From Octopus vulgaris (lineage: Eukaryota), in contig OX597823.1 of the NCBI GenBank assembly GCA_951406725.2, positions 71,982,001-72,046,000 on the forward strand: 64,000 nucleotides of DNA, read 5' to 3'. The notes beneath the pieces are model-generated. The model was not told where the DNA came from, made no database searches, and saw nothing but the letters and a program-made list of their open reading frames with translations. Position 1 is the first letter of the stretch, and every line of letters begins with the position of its first letter. Shown here piece after piece: positions 55,438-64,000 of the stretch. Position numbers and translations under genes: made by a program.

Positions 55438-55449
55438 CGTGGGTCCTTG
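55438..55449 (-). CDS. Putative 12-nt microexon QGPT
   Basis: tttacttttttatgcgtacgctacag|caaggacccacg|gtgagt. Confidence 0.5.
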
Positions 55450-55574
55450 CTGTAGCGTACGCATAAAAAAGTAAACACGAATGGCGTTTAATATTTATGA
55501 GGAGCGTAAATGGTAGTTCAAGGACTGGAAATGGTAAATGGCAAATGACGAAACATCAAACAAATATAGGTATC

Positions 55575-55942
55575 CGAGAATGATGTTAAAGCATAATTTA
55601 CACACGGAGGTAAATAATATTCAAATGGTAGAGAAATGATACGAGGTTACTAACTAAATTACTAAGTAGAGGTTTAAATACTATGATACGCAAAGTATTT
55701 TAGCTAAATGGTTTAAAGCATAAAAAATAGTTTGTAGTGCAGTGCGAGCCTTTTATCGTAGGTTCATGCTCGCACAGCATTGAAAACTGTTTTTCATACC
55801 AGTCAGGTAAAAGTGCTTTGCATGTTATATTATTTAAGCCTCTGCTTTGCAATTTGTTTAGTATCGTTGTATTATTTCTGTACCGTTTGAATATCATTTA
55901 CCGCTTTAAATAATGTATGGTTTAACATCATCATCATTCTCG
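55575..55942. repeat. Long imperfect palindrome (~175-bp arms, 18-nt loop)
   Basis: 55575-55749 aligns to the reverse complement of 55768-55942 along nearly its whole length. Confidence 0.85.
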
Positions 55943-56114
55943 ACATTACGTCACTTGGTATTTAACTTGCTCCGTCCATCGATTAACACAAAACCTTATG
56001 TTGTTTATTCGCCCTAGTTATGTAATCCTTTGATGTGATATTTTCAGAAACACTTATGACCAAACCACTAGTGAAATATTTGATCACTCAGTGAATCGCC
56101 TTCATGTAGTCATT

Positions 56115-56565
<451 letters not shown>

Positions 56566-57103
56566 ATTTCTATAAGTATATAGAGGCTTATATATGCACG
56601 TGCGGGTGAGTATTTGTATATGTGTGTATAAATATGTGTACCATATGTTTGTGTGTGTGCGTGTGTGTGTATATTACGGCAGTTTAGATATTTTTATACG
56701 TACTGTGATTTTTACGTATTTGTGTGCGTATATGTATAGCTACTGTGTGTATATATGTGTAAAAAAGGATGAACGTCATTGCTAGTTTGATGTTTGCCGT
56801 CGAAGTCACTTTTTTGAATATCTTCTTTAACTAAGAATGAGTTCTAATCCTCCTGTTAATTCGAATGTAGAATTAATAATTCACTTGTCCAGTAAATGAC
56901 TGCTATGTCCAGGTCAATGTTTAAAATCTTATCAGTTTAAAATTTTACTCCAAAATGCTGGATCGTATATCAAGATGCAATCATTTAATCTTTTATGATT
57001 GCATTAAAAGAAATGCTACCAAAACAGCTGTCGTAGTATTATGTGCCATCTGCATTTACTGTTATATATATATATATGTTTGTGTGTGCATATATATATA
57101 TGT

Positions 57104-57134
<31 letters not shown>

Positions 57135-57164
57135 CATACATACATACATACATACATACCTACG

Positions 57165-57219
<55 letters not shown>

Positions 57220-57291
57220 CATACTTCTATATATGTATATATATACATATACATATATATAATATATAATATATATATATATATATATGTA

Positions 57292-57520
57292 TATTTCTTT
57301 ACTGCCCACAAGGGGCTAAACATAGAGGGGACAAACAAGGACAGACAAAGGGACTAAGTCGATTACATCGACCCCTGTGCGTAACTGGTACTTTATTTAT
57401 CGACCCCGATAGGATGAAAGGCAAAGTCAACCTCGGCGGAATTTGAACTCAGAACGTAACGGCAGACAAAATACGGGTACGCATTTCGCCCGGTGTGCTA
57501 ACGTTTCTGCCAGCTCACCT
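57292..57520 (-). mobile_element. Family A SINE, full copy
   Basis: Matches 10955-11191. Confidence 0.92.
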
Positions 57521-57550
57521 ATATACATACATACATATATACATATATAT

Positions 57551-57622
<72 letters not shown>

Positions 57623-57783
57623 TGAAGTATATTTGCCACCTAAGTGTGGCTGAGCCATATGGGACTATGCTACGATACTTTATAGCCCCAGGAAGACATC
57701 TCCTCCAGTTGGCTAACGACACACTGTCTGTGCCTGATCAGTATTAGCGAAGGGAAATCATCGTTCCCATGTCTAGCGTTACG

Positions 57784-57836
57784 TGTTATACACGGACCCG
57801 GGTTTCTGTATAGTAACCCGTCATCAGCGTGTTACA
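57784..57836 (-). ncRNA. Minimal type I hammerhead ribozyme candidate
   Basis: acacg-CTGATGA-cgggttactataca-GAAAC-ccgg-GTC-cgtgt; perfect stem I, palindromic stem III ACCCGGGT, weak stem II. Confidence 0.6.
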
Positions 57837-58373
57837 ATCGCCGGCTAGAGATAAGTAATTCCGAACGCAAAATACTATAAGCTTTTTCCAGGGACAAACC
57901 GTCACTGATCTCGAGAAAAGAGAATCAAGCAATGATAAGTCTCTGAGCGAAATATGTAATGTATATATATACACACACACACATGCATATATATATGTAT
58001 ATATATATATGTATATATATATATGTATATATATATATGTATATATATATATATGTGTGTGTATGTGTGTGTGTGTGTGTGTCTGTGTGTGTGTGTGTGT
58101 ATATATAATATGAGTAGTTTAGTTCACTGATGACCTAAACAAATAGGTAGAATGCGTAACTGCTATCATAAGTCATCCGTTAGGTTCCAAGATCAGAGCT
58201 GAGGCTGGAGCTAGGGATCCGTAGAAGGCTTTCGAGTCAGCAGGTATATATTAAAGCAAATGGGCAATAAAACCAATAAAATGGGGAATAAAACCAAGGT
58301 AAGACGAGTATCTTAGGTCATTTAGAATATGTAATTAAAATAAGGTGACTAAAAAATGTAGAAGTAGAAGTAA

Positions 58374-58430
<57 letters not shown>

Positions 58431-58552
58431 CATACATACATATATATACATACATACATGCATACATACACACACATTCGCGCATACGTACATGAATATA
58501 TAGACACATACATGGAAAGATGCATCTATGCATACATATATACATATATCAT

Positions 58553-58594
<42 letters not shown>

Positions 58595-58609
58595 CACACA
58601 CAGACACAC

Positions 58610-58860
58610 AGGTGGAAACCGATGGAATTGAGGAGTTTATACGGTCCATTTACTTGGGGCATATTCTGAATATGAGCCGAGATATGAACGTTAAAATACC
58701 GAGGAGAATAAGGCTTGGAGTGAAGGCGCTTTTCCTCCTTAAAGATGTGCTCATAGCAAAGCTGAACAAGACCCTACATGCCACACTCTTTATTGGTACC
58801 ATCCAACCCGTGAAGAGGTCGGAGAAGGGCCACTCAGAAGGCATCAAAGGCGACAGGAAA
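58610..58860 (+). mobile_element. RTE-like LINE fragment
   Basis: IYLGHILNM..IPRRIRLG..LKDVL..LF..TI.P resembles the RT C-terminal region of RTE elements. Confidence 0.65.
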
Positions 58861-59329
58861 ATGATTTAGTTCAACGATTTAGGCCACTACAGAAAAATAT
58901 TAGAAGCTTATAGTATCGGATAGTCTGATAGTGACATACGATATACATACACACATTCATACACACACATACACATACATACACACACAGACATACAAGT
59001 ATATATACATACACATACACACACTCACACACGCGCGCGCACACACACACATTTCATTAAAAATCACGGAAGGCCTTGTGGAAGGAAATTATCGGGTTTT
59101 ACTGGCCGTATTATTAATTTATTTTGCCATTTATTTAGCTGATAAAAACAAAACAATTTAGTAATTATATTAAATGCACTCGACCTTTAAATGAGCATGT
59201 AAACTTGAAAAAAAGACAGAAGGAAACCTGGGATATATAATTAACTTAACAGTAAATAGAATCAGTGTCGTACTAATATCAAAAATTACATAATATGATG
59301 TCTCAGACGGTTTATCCTTAACTTCCGTC

Positions 59330-60240
59330 TAGTTATGTTTTGTAAACTGTAGACATGAAGCTATATCTCATTCCTGGTATCTACACAATCACTGGACATT
59401 CTTAAGGCTATTTAAAAGACCCTATTTTTCAAGCGAGTATACAGAACATTTTTTGAATCGTTAACATGAGGTTTCGTCTCAGAAAGGAACTTCTGTCTAC
59501 TCCCGTCCATAAGTTTCTAGATTAATGCCGAGAGGATTGTTTTATATCTTTTCTCGGGGTATCTAAAGATTGAAAGATGGTTGTTGAATCTGGATTTAAA
59601 TTTTACTCCCACAGATCCAATATAACGCTTGGTCTCTAACCAATGTCATAGATTGCTGATACCCATCTTTCATAAACAACAGAGGATATATTGCATGCCG
59701 TATAGGACATTTAGCTTTATCTCTGCATGTACATCCAGGACAGTTCTGAGTTATAGGCTGTTTATTGATATTGGTCGTTACATTAAGGGAGCATGAATAT
59801 GGATTTAACCAGGTGCCTATTAAAAATGTATCTATACCTATGGTTGCTGGGAAAGTGATAATCTAAGGGTTTAGATCAAACACAAATTATTCAACCACAG
59901 AACATTTCGGCAAATAAACAGTTTTTAGTATCTTCTCATTTTAATGTCATCTTCAGCAACTTATTCATGAACCCATTCGTGGTTGTTGTTTACAATGTGA
60001 ACATCCGTCTTCGATTATGCACTCACGCAAACAGAAGGGACCCCCCCCCACCTAAAAGCAGTAGATAGATTTCGTTCTGGCTTCAACCACCAATTGGAGA
60101 TATGGAGAATCCAGAACGACACAGGTCTCGATGAGCGACAGCTTTTTAAAGAGATTTTTTCCCGTTAACAAAAAGCTAAACAGTCATTATTTTGGACCAC
60201 AACGCCCAGCTGTTGGACTCGTAAAACTCTCATTCAACCC
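59330..60240 (-). mobile_element. Decayed Penelope-like element (same family as 39010-40400)
   Basis: RNVLWLN, HFPSNHRYRYIFNR, CTCRDKAKCP, KRYIGS..FKSRFNNH..FRYP, SLEK. Confidence 0.85.
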
Positions 60241-60309
60241 CTTTAATTCCAAATATCATTTCTATTTTTTTATATATCGACTTGCCTAACTTGCTTGTTC
60301 TTACATTTA

Positions 60310-60365
<56 letters not shown>

Positions 60366-60369
60366 AATA

Positions 60370-60473
60370 AATCAAAGGACATACTAAGTATGTCTACCTG
60401 CTGGAAATAACAGTCAAAACTCTTATTTAACTCGATTTTCAGCAGGTAGATATACTTAGTATGTCCTTTGATT
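60370..60473. repeat. Near-perfect 39-bp inverted repeat with 26-nt loop
   Basis: aatcaaaggacatactaagtatgtctacctgctggaaat / attttcagcaggtagatatacttagtatgtcctttgatt. Confidence 0.92.
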
Positions 60474-60645
60474 AATTTTAACTCTTCAGCTAATTAATGC
60501 TTTTCTTGGGGACATGCAATCGCTTATATTATTGATTCTGTTATTATCATCTTTTAAAATAGTTCTACCAGATAATGACAAAATTAATAATATCTTGGCA
60601 AATTAGTTTTTCGGGAATTAATTTTTCTCGCGAATTGTTTGCCCT

Positions 60646-60720
<75 letters not shown>

Positions 60721-61133
60721 ATGTATGTGTGTGTGTGTGTGTGTGCGTATGTGTGTGTATGTATGTATGTATATATATATTTTTCATGATGTATGAGTTA
60801 GTGACCCATACGTTATCCAGTTATCTTCCTGTAGAGTAATTAGTCTATCACTGTACTTAGTAGTTGTTACTTGTTACACGGAGCATGTGGATGAAGAAAT
60901 TAAGATAAACATACATAGAAGTTATTAGTTACGTCTCACCATTGCAGTTCTTTGGAACTCAGCACTGGCTGCCCCAAATGCATTTGTGTACCTAATTGTA
61001 ATGTATTGTTAGGCCAGCAATATATTGCATTCTGTTACAGAGATTGAATGTAACTGTACTAAATGGTATTTAGTAAATTAGGACTTAATGTATTTTATAT
61101 GGTATCCTATGCGGTATATATCATACATATATG

Positions 61134-61443
61134 TGGAGGCGCAAAGGCCCAGTGGTTAGGGCGGCGGACTCGCGGTCGGGAGATCGTGGTTTGGATTCCC
61201 AGACCGGGCGTTGTATGCGCCTATTGAGCGAAAATACCTAAAAGCTCCACGTGGCTCCGGCACGAGGTGGTGGTGACCCCTGTTGTACTCTTTCACCACA
61301 ACTTTCTCTCACTCTCTCTTCCTGTTTCTTGAGTAACTCTGTGATGGACTGGCGTCTCGTCCAGCTGGGAGGAACATATACGCCACAGAAACCGGGAAAC
61401 CGGGCCCATGAACCTGGCTAGGCTTGAAAAGGGCGACGTTTAT
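61134..61443 (+). mobile_element. tRNA-SINE family C, full copy
   Basis: ggcccagtgg A-box, gtttggattcc B-box, gatggactggcgtc.cgtccag, tail gaaaccgggaaaccgg. Confidence 0.88.
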
Positions 61444-61486
61444 CGTTTTACTATACACATATATTACACACACATATACACATACA

Positions 61487-61522
<36 letters not shown>

Positions 61523-62139
61523 ACACATACACACACACAAACGCACAAACGCACAAACACACACAATGTAGTTAAGTTATGAGCTTACATAAAGCGTGAG
61601 TGTTTGCAAAGAAAGTGGATATGAGAAAGCAAGAAAAAAAACTTTACACACACATTATAGAAATAATTGATAGTACAACTCTCTTCATGCAAGAAGTCTA
61701 TCAAAGTGAGCTTTTTATCCTGGGCCAGTGTAACTACCAAGCGTAACAGTACGTTCCTAATCCGTCTTCAAATTTCATTTCAGGCGTACTGGTGCATGCC
61801 TGGTGGAAACCTATTTACTCATCTTATTTTCACCATTCTCACCAATCTTTTACCAAATGTACCTGAGGAAAGCATCTGCCTCTCCATTCTCACTTTCTTT
61901 CACACTAACTTTCTTTTAAAAGTGGCAACTTTCTTTTACAAAGTCAATGTGGGTTTGACCGAACAAGCATGTGTCTGTCTTCTGTCTTTACATCTCAGAC
62001 TACAAAGGAAGCTTTTTCGGTGTAACGACTATTAAAAAACTGCCTGATATTCTCGGTTAAAGGAGAGTGTTGCGGTGATGTTAACGATGGAATTATCGTT
62101 TCTCACAGAGGCATAAGGGCAGGTATTTTGGGGTGTGAG

Positions 62140-62290
62140 TTAGGGGATTAAATCGACTCCCATACTTGACCGGTACTCTATTTTATTTACGCCAGAGAAT
62201 GAAAAGCAAACTTGATCTCAATGGCATTTGAACATATAGAGCCGGAATATATACCGCAGGATAGTTTGGCTGATGCGCTAACGATTGTAT
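62140..62290 (-). mobile_element. Old diverged family A SINE
   Basis: gattaaatcgac..ggtact..atgaaaagcaaa..atttgaac. Confidence 0.55.
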
Positions 62291-64000
62291 AAATCAATGA
62301 TGAAGAGGAAAACAAAGTAAGAGAGAAAAAGAAAGAAAAAATGAGAAGCAAAACAACAACAAGAACAATGTCGACGACGTTGATAAGAGGAATAAGAAGA
62401 CGAGGAGGGAGAGGTAGAGGTAGAATTAGACGAAGAAAAAGAAAAGAAAAAGAAGAATCAAGAGAATAATAGTTAAAGGAAATGATAAAGAAGTAAAATG
62501 AAACAGCTTTTTTAATTGTTGCGATTTTCATCTCATGTAAAATTCACTCTCAATAAATGTTAAAATAAAAAATTATTGAAAGACGAAAATATGTGACAAA
62601 ATACATACAACAATACAGAAAAAAATATACAATGCAAAAATGCAGAAATTTTCAATGCTTACAGACTCGACGACTCTCCACATAGAAGCAATATCTTTAG
62701 CTTGCATTATATTTTACAGATATAGAAACTAACGCCCTGCTTGATTTTTATCAATAGTGTTTTGTAGTTTTCGTATTAAAGATCTTTACTACCAAAGTAA
62801 ACGGCAGCTGCCTTTATATTTTGTTTTTCTGTTCTTAGATTTCATACTTTTCTTCTTAACAGCTAAAGCACGAGTTGTTTCTTCCACATTGAAATGAAAT
62901 TAGCTACCATTCTGAAGTATGTGTTGTTAATGTTGCAGTTGTTGTTTCGGTGTTGTCTTGTATTTTTTGTTGTTACTGTTTTTGTTTTTGTTGCTGTTGT
63001 TGTTGTAGTTGTTGTAATCTTCTTCATTGACTTGTTGTTTTTGATGGAATATTGTTTTCTGTATTTCTGTTGTTACTATTGTTGTCGCCATCAGATTTAT
63101 GAAATCATTGAGTTATATGAAATATTAAGGCATCACAGCAATAAGATGTAGTGTATTCTTCTAGTAGTGAGTATTGTGTAAATAGATTTTTATGTAGTTT
63201 AATGCAATGTATAGAGTTTACAACAGGCCAGTTCGGTAAATAGTCAATGGCGCTGTTATACGTCTGTGTCTAAAACACCTAACTTGCACTCACTCAGTCT
63301 AGCTACATGTAAATTGGTGCCATGATGAGTACGGTCGACTACTGTAAGGGAGAAACAATATATAATTGAGAGGAGTATCTTTAGCATGTTTTACTTCCAA
63401 TGATTCTAAGTACTCCAGTCTGCCTTAATTTAAAATTTGAGTTTTGACTTTCATTAAATACATTCTTTTAACGTTCTGCTTGAACTTAGTTCATAACTTT
63501 GCTTAGCTCGCTTAGTGCTGAATTTCTACTTCAGATGTTTCATTTTTTCTTTTTGATCAGGCTGATTGTTTTATTTGTGAGTTGTATTTCTTATTTCTAG
63601 TCTTGTAATATCGCTAGATGTCATATTTCTGGATTTGAGGTCATGTATATACTCCAGTATTTATGTTACTAATTGTTGTATTGAATTCAGTGATATGCAA
63701 TTCTGTAAATTGATGGAAGTGTTCTCACAAGACTCAGAAAGTTTTGTGAAACAGTTTTCGTTTATAGGGGTGTGTAGTTATTAATGCATGAGACTTGGGG
63801 ATTTGTCAGAGTTTGATTAGCTTGGTGTATAAAGCAGAAGACGATGTTTGGAGAAACGTTATTGTAGTCATCTTAGTGAACTTATAAGATTATGAGGTGC
63901 ATAGAATGTAAATCGAATCACAATATAATACCGTTGCACCCTTTGGTATATTTCTGTTGTATCAGAACGTGTGTGCATTATGTGTGTTATTTGGTGGTGG

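Noticed and set aside
58120-58165. CTGATGA hammerhead-like motif (also 20896-20940 and about 3835-3875)
   Set aside because: Core GAAA or CUGAUGA is mutated and/or stem I does not pair; decayed relics at most.

Overview
Very AT-rich, microsatellite-dense eukaryotic DNA. The repeat families point to an octopod cephalopod (Octopus-like); this is inferred from the SINE types, not from a search. Almost all ORFs in the supplied track are microsatellite artefacts. Recognisable mobile DNA: three tRNA-derived SINE families (including a CORE-type SINE), mariner remnants and MITEs, RTE LINE fragments, a decayed HERO/R2-superfamily LINE, four Penelope-like (RT + GIY-YIG) remnants, non-autonomous Helitrons and a deleted 5S rRNA copy. 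Two signals are not explained by the ORF track. (1) A string of very small minus-strand exon candidates (12-96 nt, mostly multiples of 3, GT-AG flanked) spread over >30 kb. It includes a duplicated 27-nt microexon and a duplicated 48-nt exon, and splicing would assemble a PPLPPR SH3-ligand motif across an exon junction. (2) At least five sequence-distinct type I hammerhead-ribozyme-like motifs of the Penelope/retrozyme kind; the two with an intact CUGAUGA lie on the same strand as that putative gene, one between two of its microexons. Long hairpins (about 370, 430 and 104 nt) are also present. Nothing here was confirmed by alignment or expression data.
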